DNA of 44,875 nucleotides, from positions 1 to 44,875 of the forward strand of contig JBFZBC010000005.1 of the NCBI GenBank assembly GCA_041308645.1, read 5' to 3'. The position numbers were made by a program, and so were the translations under genes. Origin of the DNA: a bacterium. GTDB taxonomy: Bacteria; Patescibacteriota; Minisyncoccia; Phycocordibacterales; GWA1-40-21. Of the stretch, positions 7,913-18,085 are shown one piece after another (within the stretch, counting starts at the first letter, position 1; each line of letters opens with the position of its first letter). A model generated the notes under the pieces. The model did not search any database and had not been told where the DNA came from. It saw nothing but the letters and a program-made list of their open reading frames with translations.

Positions 7913-8932
7913 ATGAGCCAATTTTTCAGCGATTCAATTTTTTGGGTAGAAATAGAAAAGATTCACCCAAATCCTTTTCAACCAAGAAAAGAATTTGAGG
8001 AATCTAAATTAAAAGATTTAGCAGATTCTATCCGCCAATATGGTATTCTTCAACCAATGGTGGTTACTAGAAAGGAGGCCTTAAGGGAAGATGGTGGTTT
8101 GACTACAGAGTATGAACTTATCTCTGGAGAAAGACGCTTACGGGCATCTAAGATAGCTGGTTTATCTCAAGTGCCGGTAATTATTCGTGATCAGGAAGAG
8201 TCTGATCAACTTAAATTAGAGCTGGCAATTATTGAGAATTTACAAAGGGAAGACTTAAATCCCGTTGATCGAGCTAAAGCTTTTCAGCAGTTAGTAGATG
8301 ATTTTCATTTTAAACATGTCGATGTTGCTAAAAAAATTGGTAAGAGTCGAGAGTATGTTTCAAATAGTTTGAGAATATTATTGTTGCCTGAACATATGCT
8401 AAAAGCTTTGTCTGAGGGTAGAATTTCTGAAGGTCATACTAGACCTTTACTTATGCTTGAGGATCGTAAGGAAGAACAAGAGGTATTGTTTAAGGAAATG
8501 ATGTACCGAAAAATGTCTGTTAGGGAAGCTGAATTGTCAGCTAGAAAAATTGCTGTTGAACGGGTGAGAAAGATTGAGAGAATACCTGATCCAGAGCTGA
8601 CTGAACTTGAAGAAAAATTGGCACAGACTTTTGGTGCCAGGGTACATATTGAAAGGGGTAATACCGGTGGTAAAATTATGATAGATTTCTTTTCTAATGA
8701 TGATTTACGCTCTATTTTGGATGCCGTAAATAATAAACAAGATCTTGGAGCAAATGCTTTATTAAATAGGCATATTAAAAAGCAAGAAATAGAAAATGTT
8801 ACTGTACCAGTTAATGATTTAGAAAAACAAAAAGAGGAAGAGATATCTTTGCTTGATGATCGGTCTGAAAAAGAGAAAGAGGAAGAAGAAAATGATAATA
8901 ATCTTTACTCAGTAGATAACTTTACCGTTTAA
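7913..8932 (+). CDS. parB: chromosome partitioning protein ParB/Spo0J
   Basis: 339 aa. ParB box ISGERRLRASKIAG, GILQP motif, HTH region, acidic C-terminal tail. No parA is adjacent. Confidence 0.9.
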   Translation: MSQFFSDSIFWVEIEKIHPNPFQPRKEFEESKLKDLADSIRQYGILQPMVVTRKEALREDGGLTTEYELISGERRLRASKIAGLSQVPVIIRDQEESDQLKLELAIIENLQREDLNPVDRAKAFQQLVDDFHFKHVDVAKKIGKSREYVSNSLRILLLPEHMLKALSEGRISEGHTRPLLMLEDRKEEQEVLFKEMMYRKMSVREAELSARKIAVERVRKIERIPDPELTELEEKLAQTFGARVHIERGNTGGKIMIDFFSNDDLRSILDAVNNKQDLGANALLNRHIKKQEIENVTVPVNDLEKQKEEEISLLDDRSEKEKEEEENDNNLYSVDNFTV

Positions 8933-8936
8933 ATTA

Positions 8937-10430
8937 TTACTCAGTTTTTATATTAAGAGCATTTTTGATAAACTTTTTAGCCATGGCTGTTTTTACATAG
9001 TCCAGCCATTTCCTGTTTGGTTTGGCGGTTTTTTTTGTTACAATTTCTACTTTATCAAAATTTTTTAGTTTGGTGTCTAATGGGGCTATTTTATTATTAA
9101 CCATTACGCTAGATATGTGATTACCGATATCCGAATGTATAGCGTAAGCAAAATCAATTACCGAGGAGCCAATAGGAAGATCAATCACATCTCCTTTAGG
9201 TGTAAAGATAAAAATTCTTTCCCCAAAGAAATCTGTCTTCAAATCTTGCATCATTTCCTTATCTGATGATGTTGTTTGTAAATCAGCTAAATCTCTTATC
9301 CAAGCTGGTGTATTTTGATTTGATGGTTGATTCTCGAAAAAAGATGTTAGTGATTTTGGTAAAAATTGACCAAACCAACTCATCTCTTTATTTTCACTGT
9401 TTTTCAGATCTTTATATGATAAATGGGAAGCGATACCAAATTCCGCTTGCTTGTGCATTTCATTAGTACGAATTTGGACTTCAACTATTGCCCCATCACC
9501 TGTAAAGACCGTAGTGTGAATACTTTTATAACCATTGGTTTTTGGTACAGCTATATAATCCTTGATTCGGCCAGGTAGAGGACGCCATTTGTTGTGGATG
9601 ATTCCTAAGACTTTATAGCAATCAGCGACATTATTAGTAAAAATTCGAAGTGCTAAAATATCATATATTTTTTCTATTTCACCGCCCTTGTTAATTATTT
9701 TTTTACTAAGACTGTACAAACCTTTTAATCGATAGTTTGTATGAAAGTCTGTCATTCCACCTTCAGCTAAAGCTTTCTTTATTGATTTCATAAATTTTTC
9801 TAATTTAGGCAAGGTTTCAATACTTGTGGATTTGATCAATTTATTTACTTCCGCATATTCCTTAGGATAGATATACGGGAAAGAAAGGTCTTCTAATTCT
9901 CGGGACAATTTTCTGATACCAAGCCTGTAGGCAAGTGGAGAAAATATTTCTAGAGTTTCTAAAGCTATCCTCTCTTGTTTATCAGGACGGACATATTGCA
10001 GAGTACGCATATTATGTAGGCGGTCAGAAAGTTTAATAATAATGACTCGAATATCTTCAGCTGAGGCCACAAATAATTTCCTTAAACTTTCTATATGTCT
10101 TTCCGCACCACGATATTTTAGTTTACCTAATTTTGTGACTCCATTTACTAAAAATAATATTTCATCACCAAAATCTTTTTTAATTTTGTCTTCCGTTAGA
10201 ACACCGTCCTCAATTGAGTCATGTAACAAACCCGCACAAATAGTGGACGGACACATTTTAAGCTCAGCTAAAATTTTTGCTGTTTCAAATACGTGGTTAA
10301 AGTATGGTTCACCTGACATTCTAAGTACACCTTTATGTGCTTCTTCCGCAGTATTATAGGCCTTGGTAATTAAAGTAATATCTTCCGGAGTCGGGGAATC
10401 CATCAAACTGATAATATCTTGTACACTCAT
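8937..10430 (-). CDS. rel: bifunctional (p)ppGpp synthetase/hydrolase, RelA/SpoT family (short form)
   Basis: 497 aa. HD hydrolase domain (LLHDSIED), RelA/SpoT synthetase core (YKSIHTTV), TGS-like C-terminal region. Confidence 0.9.
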   Translation of the reverse strand: MSVQDIISLMDSPTPEDITLITKAYNTAEEAHKGVLRMSGEPYFNHVFETAKILAELKMCPSTICAGLLHDSIEDGVLTEDKIKKDFGDEILFLVNGVTKLGKLKYRGAERHIESLRKLFVASAEDIRVIIIKLSDRLHNMRTLQYVRPDKQERIALETLEIFSPLAYRLGIRKLSRELEDLSFPYIYPKEYAEVNKLIKSTSIETLPKLEKFMKSIKKALAEGGMTDFHTNYRLKGLYSLSKKIINKGGEIEKIYDILALRIFTNNVADCYKVLGIIHNKWRPLPGRIKDYIAVPKTNGYKSIHTTVFTGDGAIVEVQIRTNEMHKQAEFGIASHLSYKDLKNSENKEMSWFGQFLPKSLTSFFENQPSNQNTPAWIRDLADLQTTSSDKEMMQDLKTDFFGERIFIFTPKGDVIDLPIGSSVIDFAYAIHSDIGNHISSVMVNNKIAPLDTKLKNFDKVEIVTKKTAKPNRKWLDYVKTAMAKKFIKNALNIKTE

Positions 10431-10464
10431 ATATTTAGTATAGACCTAGATTTGATTTTCGGCA

Positions 10465-10496
10465 AATAAAAAAGACCCTAGATTTCTCTAGGGTCC
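10465..10496 (-). terminator. rho-independent terminator after the 92-aa ORF
   Basis: gaccctaga-tttc-tctagggtc is a 9-bp stem followed by a T run on the minus strand. Confidence 0.6.
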
Positions 10497-10524
10497 CTAA
10501 CGCCATGATCGTTAGAATTAGATG

Positions 10525-10803
10525 TTATGCTGGCAGAGCTTTGATTTGCTCAGCCAATTTTTGTTGGAGTTTTTCAAAAACCTTTTGTGGAAGAGTTTGA
10601 ACTTCTAAAACATGGACCGGGTTACCTGTTTCCATAACCATTTGTAACTCCCATGACACAGAGTGAGCATAAAGGAACCTCTGAACTCCTTTAGGATCGT
10701 CGCGAATACCTTTTAGAAAATTTCGACTTGTTTCTTTGGTTACCCCTTGGAGTTGTCTTTTGATATCATTAACTACCCAATTAACCACTTCTTCATCAAT
10801 CAT
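10525..10803 (-). CDS. hypothetical protein (92 aa, orphan)
   Basis: Strong SD (aaggagggg) 7-8 nt upstream of the ATG. Has its own TTGACA-type promoter and terminator. No family recognised. Confidence 0.5.
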   Translation of the reverse strand: MIDEEVVNWVVNDIKRQLQGVTKETSRNFLKGIRDDPKGVQRFLYAHSVSWELQMVMETGNPVHVLEVQTLPQKVFEKLQQKLAEQIKALPA

Positions 10804-10937
10804 TTTCTTCCCCTCCTTATAATTTTGCTTAATCTGAATTTAGGTTAGACTTTTTATTTAATTTTGTCAAACACAACCGCCCCGGTTATCAGAATAACCA
10901 CCCCGCCTTAACTAAGGTGGGGATTGGTGGACAACAC

Positions 10938-13166
10938 TTATTTTATAGTGTTAACTTTATTCGGATAGTGATTTGGGCAGGTTTTGACAGAACAGCGTTC
11001 GGGGATAGTTTTAGTACCAAGCATCATCAGTGATTCACAAAGCTTACAGATATTACCAGTTGGTTTGGCTTTGATAGCATTTTTACATTTTGGATAATTG
11101 GAACAACTATAGAATAGGCCAAAACGTCCACGTCGCTCGGTCATCATACCTTCTTTACAAGTTGGGCAAGTCACACCAGTACTGTTTTTCTTTTCCAATT
11201 CGGCATCTTTTTTTATATACTTACATTTTGGATAATTTGAACAAGAAATAAATTGACCAAATTTTCCTTCACGTAAAACAAGCTTACCTTTTTTGCACTC
11301 CGGACATTCTTCACCAGTTTCTTTTGGGCCGGCCATTTCTTCACCGGTAATTTTACGAGCGCCAGCACAGTCCGGATATTTTGCACAACTTAAAAATTTT
11401 CCGGCTCTGCCAAGTTTTATAATCATTGTTCCACCACAAGTCGGGCAGATATGTTTTATATCTGCTTCACCAAAATTGTTCACCTTATCTATCTTGTCTT
11501 TAGATTTTACCTCTTTTAAGAAAGGCCCATAAAAATCTTTTAGGGTTTTTAGATATTGTGCTTTACCTTCAGCAATTAAGTCTAGTTTATCTTCCATCTC
11601 GGCAGTGAAAGTATCACTTATATAATTGGCAAAATTATTTTCTAGAAATGAACTAACCACATCTCCTGTGTCCGTGGGTACTAGCGCTTTATTTATTTTT
11701 TCCACATAACCACGATCTTGAATTGTCTTTATAATTGAAGCGTAAGTTGAAGGACGACCGATATCTCTTTTTTCCAATTCCTTAATGAGTCCCGCCTCAG
11801 AATAACGTCCCGGCGGTTCAGTTTGCTTAGCTTGAGAGTTTATATCAATTAGCTTTAATTCTTCACCAACCTTTACTTTTGGTAAAATAACATCATCACC
11901 CGATCCTTCCTTATCCGCTAATAACCAGCCAGGGAATAGTAGGCGAGAACCATTAGCCCAAAAATCAGGAATATCTTCATCATTTTCAACTCTGACAAAT
12001 ATTTTGGTACGCATAATCTTCGCATCGGTCATCTGTGAAGAAACAGTTCTTTGCCAAATTAAATTATAGAGTTCTTTCTGTTCATCATTCAAGCCTACAT
12101 TTATATTTGAAATATCGGTTGGACGAACAGCTTCGTGAGCCTCTTGAGCATTTTTGCTTTTAGCTGTAAAAGTATGTGGTTGTAAAAAATCTTTACCATA
12201 TTTTTTCTCAATCATATTATATATTTGCTCAAGAGCAACTTTACTTAAGTTAACACTATCTGTTCTCATATAAGTAATAAGTCCAGCCTCGTAAAGTTTC
12301 TGAGCAATACTCATAGTTCGTGACGGAGCAAAACCTAATCTAGAGCTTGCTGTTTGTTGTAAGGTTGAAGTTGTAAATGGAGCTCGTGCCAACCGCTTGG
12401 CTTCAGTTTCAGTGACGTCTTTTACAATCCATTTAGATTTTTTACCAGCCTCAAGTATTTTTTCCACAAGTTTCTCATCTCGAGGTTCCTCAGAACAAGC
12501 AATTTGTAAATCATCTTTCATCTGAGTTTGAGTGTTAGCCGTAATAACCCAAAAATTTTGAGGAATAAAAGCCCGAATTTCTCTCTCTCTTTCCATGATT
12601 ATTCGTAGGGCTGGAGATTGTACCCGTCCAGCTGAGAGGCCATATCGAACTTTTTTCCAAATCAAACCAGATAGGTCATAACCCACCAGGCGGTCTAGCA
12701 CGCGTCTAGCTTCTTGTGCTTGTTTTAAATTATCATCAATGTCGCGCGGATGTTTTATAGCTTCTTGTACTGCATCCTTTGTTATCTCATAGAAAACCAC
12801 ACGTTTTGGATTTTTTAGACCCATAGCTTCTTTTATATGCCAAGCAATGGCTTCACCTTCGCGATCTGGGTCAGTTGCTAATAGTATCTCATCAGCTTTT
12901 TTGGCTAGAGATTTTATTTCACTAACGATTTTTTCTTTACCAGGAGAAATCTCATAATGGGGAATAAAACCACCTTCTATATCAATAGCTTTTTTATTAC
13001 TTTTTGGTAAGTCACGAATATGTCCAACGCTAGCACGGACTTCATATTTTCCCTGGCCGGGCAGGCCATCTAGGTATTTAGAAATCGTTTTAGCTTTTGA
13101 CGGTGACTCGACAATTAAAAGTTTCATATGTTTGGTAGTATTGCATAAAAATAGCTTTGTGTGCAA
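10938..13166 (-). CDS. topA: DNA topoisomerase I
   Basis: Toprim N-terminus LLIVESPSKAKTI and a type IA core. Four C-terminal CxxC...CxxC zinc ribbons. The probable true start is the Met at aa 14 (about 13127). Confidence 0.95.
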   Translation of the reverse strand: MHTKLFLCNTTKHMKLLIVESPSKAKTISKYLDGLPGQGKYEVRASVGHIRDLPKSNKKAIDIEGGFIPHYEISPGKEKIVSEIKSLAKKADEILLATDPDREGEAIAWHIKEAMGLKNPKRVVFYEITKDAVQEAIKHPRDIDDNLKQAQEARRVLDRLVGYDLSGLIWKKVRYGLSAGRVQSPALRIIMEREREIRAFIPQNFWVITANTQTQMKDDLQIACSEEPRDEKLVEKILEAGKKSKWIVKDVTETEAKRLARAPFTTSTLQQTASSRLGFAPSRTMSIAQKLYEAGLITYMRTDSVNLSKVALEQIYNMIEKKYGKDFLQPHTFTAKSKNAQEAHEAVRPTDISNINVGLNDEQKELYNLIWQRTVSSQMTDAKIMRTKIFVRVENDEDIPDFWANGSRLLFPGWLLADKEGSGDDVILPKVKVGEELKLIDINSQAKQTEPPGRYSEAGLIKELEKRDIGRPSTYASIIKTIQDRGYVEKINKALVPTDTGDVVSSFLENNFANYISDTFTAEMEDKLDLIAEGKAQYLKTLKDFYGPFLKEVKSKDKIDKVNNFGEADIKHICPTCGGTMIIKLGRAGKFLSCAKYPDCAGARKITGEEMAGPKETGEECPECKKGKLVLREGKFGQFISCSNYPKCKYIKKDAELEKKNSTGVTCPTCKEGMMTERRGRFGLFYSCSNYPKCKNAIKAKPTGNICKLCESLMMLGTKTIPERCSVKTCPNHYPNKVNTIK

Positions 13167-13212
13167 ATTTTTTACTTTTTATAAATATCTCAATTGCTAT
13201 TTTATATAAAAA

Positions 13213-13238
13213 AGCGCCGACCTTTTAAGATCGGCGCT
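13213..13238 (-). terminator. rho-independent terminator after the lipoprotein gene
   Basis: agcgccga...tcggcgct is an 8-bp GC-rich stem followed by a T run on the minus strand. Confidence 0.6.
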
Positions 13239-13253
13239 AAGCATTAATTTTGT

Positions 13254-13631
13254 TTAAAATTTCTCAACAAAATTGTCATAAACATTTACATGATAGTTTG
13301 AGTAATCATCATCAAAGGACATGAGTAATATTGTTGTTTTTGTTGGATTATAAACTACAAATTTCATTCGAAATTTTTCTCTATGATACAAGTCTTTAGA
13401 AAAAGTTTCTGTTTGACCTGGTGCTATACTACCAACATAAGCATCACCAATGTAAATGTCCATCAACCAAGAGGTATAAGAAAAAATATCCACTGATATA
13501 TACCTCGGATACTCATAAGCATTGGAAGAATATGTATCATTGTTATAATTCCGCTCACTTTCACATCCTACAATTCCCAAACTACAAAGAACCAATGAAA
13601 AACTTAGGTAAAACATGAAAAATCTTTTCAT
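13254..13631 (-). CDS. putative lipoprotein (125 aa)
   Basis: Signal peptide ending in the lipobox-like LGIVGC. No family recognised. Confidence 0.55.
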   Translation of the reverse strand: MKRFFMFYLSFSLVLCSLGIVGCESERNYNNDTYSSNAYEYPRYISVDIFSYTSWLMDIYIGDAYVGSIAPGQTETFSKDLYHREKFRMKFVVYNPTKTTILLMSFDDDYSNYHVNVYDNFVEKF

Positions 13632-13695
13632 ATCACCCCCCTTTTTTAAAAGTTAGTTATTAATCAATCTAAGAATATTATACTAGTAATAAATA

Positions 13696-14589
13696 TTATG
13701 TCAAATATATTTCACCTAAATTTTCTTTGATTAATCCCTTTAGCTCCATTAAGGAAAGAATGGCGTTAGCTTCTGAGATGGGTATATCTAATACACGGAA
13801 AAGCTCATCTTTTGGCAAGGGTTCATTGAGAGCTTTGATTACTTTCTTTTCTTCTGGACTGCACTCACTATATTCTAATTCCAAATTTCTGGGGGTATCA
13901 CTTTTATTTTTGAAACCTAAAGTTTCTAAAAGTTCTTCCGATGAAGTTATTGGAGTGGCACCAAGGCGTATTAGCATATGTGGACCAGCAGAAGTTTTGG
14001 AAAAAATATTACCTGGTACTGCTAGTACATCTTTATTGTATTCTGTCGCTAGTCTCGAAGTGATCAAAGTACCAGATTTTATTTCTGCCTCGATTATGAG
14101 TACTGCGCATGATAGACCAGCACTAATTCTGTTTCGTTGAGGAAAACTCCAAGGTGTGGCCTTGAAATCTGATTCATACTCAGAAATTATGCAACCACCA
14201 CAATCTAATATTTTTTTAGCTAAACCAATATGTGCTACAGGGTGGATGGTATCAACCGCCATTCCAGAACCCAAAACAGCAATCGTTTTTAATCCAGTGT
14301 TTATAGCGGCCTGGTGGGCGATACCATCGATACCAATGGCTAAACCAGAGACAATTGTAACGTCATAACCACGAAGACCAGCAATTAATTTCTCGCAAGT
14401 CTCTTTACCATAATTTGTATAGCGACGACTCCCAACAACACATAATAGTTTTGTATTTGGTCCAGGTAATTGCCCCCGAATATAAAGTTTTTCTGGTGGT
14501 TGAGGAATCTCTAGGAGTTGGGGTGGAAATTCTTTCTTTTTTAATTCTCGGATTGGAAACTCTTGGTCTAATAAATTATTTAATTTCAT
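13696..14589 (-). CDS. dprA: DNA processing protein DprA (Smf)
   Basis: 297 aa. DprA Rossmann-like core (VVGSRR...SGLAIGIDGIAH) and a C-terminal winged-helix-like tail. Confidence 0.9.
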   Translation of the reverse strand: MKLNNLLDQEFPIRELKKKEFPPQLLEIPQPPEKLYIRGQLPGPNTKLLCVVGSRRYTNYGKETCEKLIAGLRGYDVTIVSGLAIGIDGIAHQAAINTGLKTIAVLGSGMAVDTIHPVAHIGLAKKILDCGGCIISEYESDFKATPWSFPQRNRISAGLSCAVLIIEAEIKSGTLITSRLATEYNKDVLAVPGNIFSKTSAGPHMLIRLGATPITSSEELLETLGFKNKSDTPRNLELEYSECSPEEKKVIKALNEPLPKDELFRVLDIPISEANAILSLMELKGLIKENLGEIYLT

Positions 14590-14662
14590 AATTTGTAAAT
14601 TGTACCATTAATTGATACTATTAAATAATTATAAAAATGGGGATAATTAATATTAATAATTT

Positions 14663-15925
14663 ATGTTAGATATAAAATTTATTAGAGAGAATAAAGATTT
14701 GATTGATGCGGGAGCAAAAAAGAAACATCTGATATTTGATGTGTCCGAGCTTATTTCTATTGATGATAAGAGAAAGGATCTTTTAATTCTTACAGAAAAT
14801 AAGAAAGCAGAGCAAAATAAGTTTAGTGACCAAATTGTAAAAGTGACTGATGAGAGTGAAAGAGCTAAATTAATTTTAGATATGAAGTTAGTCAAGGAAG
14901 AATTAATGAAAGGGGAAGAGAAATTAAGGGAAGTTATGAAGAAGTGGCAGTACCTCATGCTTCATGTGCCAAATATCCCAGATATGACTGTGCCAGAGGG
15001 GAATAGTGACGCCGACAATAAGGAAATCTCTACTTGGGGAGAAAAACCTAAATTTGATTTTGAACCAAAGGATCATATGGCTTTGATGACTGATTTGAAA
15101 ATGGTGGATTTCGATCGTGGGGTAAAGGTCCATGGTTTTCGTGGTTATTTTCTAATGGGTGACGGAGTCAGACTTTCTATCGCAATTTGGAATTATGCTA
15201 TGGAGTTTTTCTCTAAGAAAAATTTTATTCCTGTTTTACCGCCAATTGTCGTTAGAAAGGAAGCTTTACTTGGTACGGGTTATTTACCACAAGGCGAAGA
15301 TGATTTATACAAAACTCAAGATGGAGAATATTTAGCAGGTACAGCCGAGGTTCCGGTGATGGCATATCATTCTGGTGAAATACTGGATATCAAGGAATTG
15401 CCAAAGAGATATTTAGGTTTTTCTCCTTGTTATAGGCGGGAAGTGGGTAGTCATAGTAAAGATGTGAAAGGGCTTATTCGAGTTCATGAATTTTATAAAC
15501 TAGAGCAGATTATTATTTGTGAAGCCAGCCATACTGAATCTGTAAAATTTCATGAAGAGATGAATAGAAATACCGAGGAGTTTATTGAATCATTGGGTAT
15601 TCCTTATCACACGGTGGTAAATTGTGGTGGAGATCTTGGTCTCGGACAAGTTAAAAAGTATGATATTGAATTATGGGTACCAAAAGAAAATAAGTATCGT
15701 GAGATTTCTTCAGCTTCTTATTTCCATGATTTCCAGACCAGACGATCAAATATTAAATATCGTGATGCCTTAGGTAAAACACACTATACCCATTCTTTAA
15801 ACTGTACAGCTATTCCAACCCCTAGAATTTTAGTGTCTCTTGTGGAAAATTTTCAACAAGTTGATGGGTCAATCAAAATACCATTTGTTTTACAAAAATA
15901 TATGGGGAAGAGTGTGATTAGCTAG
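14663..15925 (+). CDS. serS: serine--tRNA ligase
   Basis: 420 aa. N-terminal coiled-coil arm and class II core motifs (FRREVGSH-like region, GTAIPTPR-like motif 3). Confidence 0.95.
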   Translation: MLDIKFIRENKDLIDAGAKKKHLIFDVSELISIDDKRKDLLILTENKKAEQNKFSDQIVKVTDESERAKLILDMKLVKEELMKGEEKLREVMKKWQYLMLHVPNIPDMTVPEGNSDADNKEISTWGEKPKFDFEPKDHMALMTDLKMVDFDRGVKVHGFRGYFLMGDGVRLSIAIWNYAMEFFSKKNFIPVLPPIVVRKEALLGTGYLPQGEDDLYKTQDGEYLAGTAEVPVMAYHSGEILDIKELPKRYLGFSPCYRREVGSHSKDVKGLIRVHEFYKLEQIIICEASHTESVKFHEEMNRNTEEFIESLGIPYHTVVNCGGDLGLGQVKKYDIELWVPKENKYREISSASYFHDFQTRRSNIKYRDALGKTHYTHSLNCTAIPTPRILVSLVENFQQVDGSIKIPFVLQKYMGKSVIS

Positions 15926-15965
15926 ACATTTTAAAATAAAATATCTTCACTTTCCTAAATAAATA

Positions 15966-16823
15966 ATGTCAGTTAGTAAAAATTTAAATCTTGCGCCGTC
16001 GCAGATGCGTCTGAAAAAGCGTAGGTTATTTTTTATTAGGCTTTACATTATATTATTTTTTCTAGTTTCTATTATTTTAGGTTTAGCTATTTTATCTAGT
16101 CATGAAAAAGTAAAAATTAATAATATAATTATTACTGGTAATGCTGTTATCTCAGATGATGATATATTTGAAACGGTTAATTTTAATCTAAAAGGGAGAT
16201 ATGCTTATTTGTTTTCTAAAAGCAATTCTCTGATTTTTCCACGATTTAAAATTAAATCCGATATTTTAATGGTTTATAAAACAATAAAAGAAGTTGATGT
16301 TTCCTGGGAAGATTGGCAGACAATATCTATTAAGGTTCAAGAAAGGAAACCACATTCTGTTTGGTGTGGGGAAGATATGAAGGCTGTAACTCAAACTTGT
16401 TATTTAGTAGATAGCGAGGGATATATTTATAATATTGCACCAACTTTTTCTGGAAGTATATATGTAAAAAATTACGGCAAGCCCAAATCAGCAATCAACG
16501 ATATTTCACAAGGTGACTATATTGGAGAATATTTTTTATCAACAGAGATATACCAACAAGTTTATTATTTGATTGGCATACTTGATCAAAATAGTTTAAA
16601 GGTAGTTTCCGTTTTTTTTGATGAAAATGATTATGTTTTTGTATTAGAATCTGGTCCGAAGATTATTTTTAATAATAAAAACACTTTTACTATACCATTT
16701 GATAATTTATTTACTGCTATTAAGACAAATAATCTTGTTCTAGACAAAGAGTTTCATCTCATTGAGTATATTGACTTAAGGTTTGACAATAAAATTATTG
16801 TAAAGCCAAAGAATATTGAGTAG
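15966..16823 (+). CDS. FtsQ/DivIB-like cell division protein (TM anchor plus POTRA-like domain)
   Basis: 285 aa. Single N-terminal TM helix followed by a POTRA-like segment (IIITGNAVISDDDIFETV). Weak family signal. Confidence 0.5.
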   Translation: MSVSKNLNLAPSQMRLKKRRLFFIRLYIILFFLVSIILGLAILSSHEKVKINNIIITGNAVISDDDIFETVNFNLKGRYAYLFSKSNSLIFPRFKIKSDILMVYKTIKEVDVSWEDWQTISIKVQERKPHSVWCGEDMKAVTQTCYLVDSEGYIYNIAPTFSGSIYVKNYGKPKSAINDISQGDYIGEYFLSTEIYQQVYYLIGILDQNSLKVVSVFFDENDYVFVLESGPKIIFNNKNTFTIPFDNLFTAIKTNNLVLDKEFHLIEYIDLRFDNKIIVKPKNIE

Positions 16824-16831
16824 TTTATATA

Positions 16832-18058
16832 TTATTTGAATAATTTTTTAAGATGAACGGCTAGGTCGGAAATTTTAACAGTTTCTTGAGCTCTGGTACT
16901 GACGTCACGAATCATAATAGTGTTATCCATTGCTTCTTTTTTTCCCATAATTAAGATATAGGGCACTTTTACCTTATCAGCCATTGCCATTTGCCCAGCC
17001 ATTTTATCACGTCCTAGGGAGTGGTTAATATAGATATTTTCTTTTCTTAAAATATCAATAACTTTTAAGCTTTTATGTTTTGCTTCATCACCTAACTGGA
17101 TAAAAAAGACTGAAGCTTTTTTGATTTTTGGGGGTTTTTTAACTGATGAATTTTTAAAATATATTTTTGCTCCGATCATTGGTACATCTTTTTTTAAACC
17201 AAGTTTTTTGCATATACCATCAGTTCTAAAACCAACGGCTAAGGATTCATCAGCAATTTTAGGATTACTAGATTTTTGTTTGATTTCAAAAACAGTGCTT
17301 GAAGCATAGCGTCTATCAGATATTAAGCAATTATTAATTCTATAAGAGATTTCTAAACTTTCTAAATATTCTAAGACTTCTTTAAAGTGCTCACGACTTT
17401 CTTCTGAGAGACAACCGATTGATTTTGGCGCTTCTTCTCTTAAGATAAAACATTTTTCATCTTGGCAGGTGAAAACTAGTAAAGGGTCTTTTTTAAATAA
17501 TTGACGGCAGTGAGACTGCATTACGTTTAAATTTTTACGGAAGTAGTTAATGGTTTCTTTTACAAATTTAGTATAAGATTCTCTGTCACCAAGGCTGTTT
17601 ATTTCAACATAAAGATCCTCAAAACCATTATCCTGTAATATTGCCAGAATTGTTTTAATTATAATTGCCTCAGAGACACTTTTAGGTGAACCAATAATCT
17701 CAAGTCCTATTTTTTGGTATTTACCACTAGAGTGGCCGGTCGAGTCATTGTCTATAAAACCATTGTAGGTAATCATTACTGGTTGGGGCATAATAGCCAT
17801 ATTAGAATTAAAATAGTTTCGTAAAATAGCAGATTTCTCTTCTGCAATATTTATAATTTTTTCATTTGAGCCAATTATTTTTATAGGCTCACCCTCCTTA
17901 AGATTTTTTGTATTTTCTTTATCTTCTTTTTCTATTTTAGGTGTTTCTATTGGCATAAAACCATAATAGACAACAGCTTCCGTGCTCTTATCAATATTTT
18001 TCAAGTCTAAAAACTTGGAGCTACTTTTATTATTTTTTATCTTCTTTATTTTTGACAT
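16832..18058 (-). CDS. hisS: histidine--tRNA ligase-like protein (HisRS/HisZ family), divergent
   Basis: 408 aa. LSEESREHFKEVLEYLESLEISYRIN aligns with the E. coli HisRS segment [26 protein letters not shown], as I recall that sequence. The C-terminal anticodon-binding domain is present (VPYILIMGKKE). Catalytic motifs look degenerate; see finding. Confidence 0.6.
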   Translation of the reverse strand: MSKIKKIKNNKSSSKFLDLKNIDKSTEAVVYYGFMPIETPKIEKEDKENTKNLKEGEPIKIIGSNEKIINIAEEKSAILRNYFNSNMAIMPQPVMITYNGFIDNDSTGHSSGKYQKIGLEIIGSPKSVSEAIIIKTILAILQDNGFEDLYVEINSLGDRESYTKFVKETINYFRKNLNVMQSHCRQLFKKDPLLVFTCQDEKCFILREEAPKSIGCLSEESREHFKEVLEYLESLEISYRINNCLISDRRYASSTVFEIKQKSSNPKIADESLAVGFRTDGICKKLGLKKDVPMIGAKIYFKNSSVKKPPKIKKASVFFIQLGDEAKHKSLKVIDILRKENIYINHSLGRDKMAGQMAMADKVKVPYILIMGKKEAMDNTIMIRDVSTRAQETVKISDLAVHLKKLFK

Positions 18059-18085
18059 ATTTTTTATATTTGTGATTTGTTTTTT

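Noticed and set aside
7913-8932. A parS site near parB
   Set aside because: I scanned by eye for TGTTNCACGTGAAACA-like palindromes in and around parB and found none. It cannot be called without a proper search.
14653-14958. 101-aa minus-strand ORF
   Set aside because: It lies antisense to the 5' part of serS and gives a Ser/Phe/Ile-rich shadow product.
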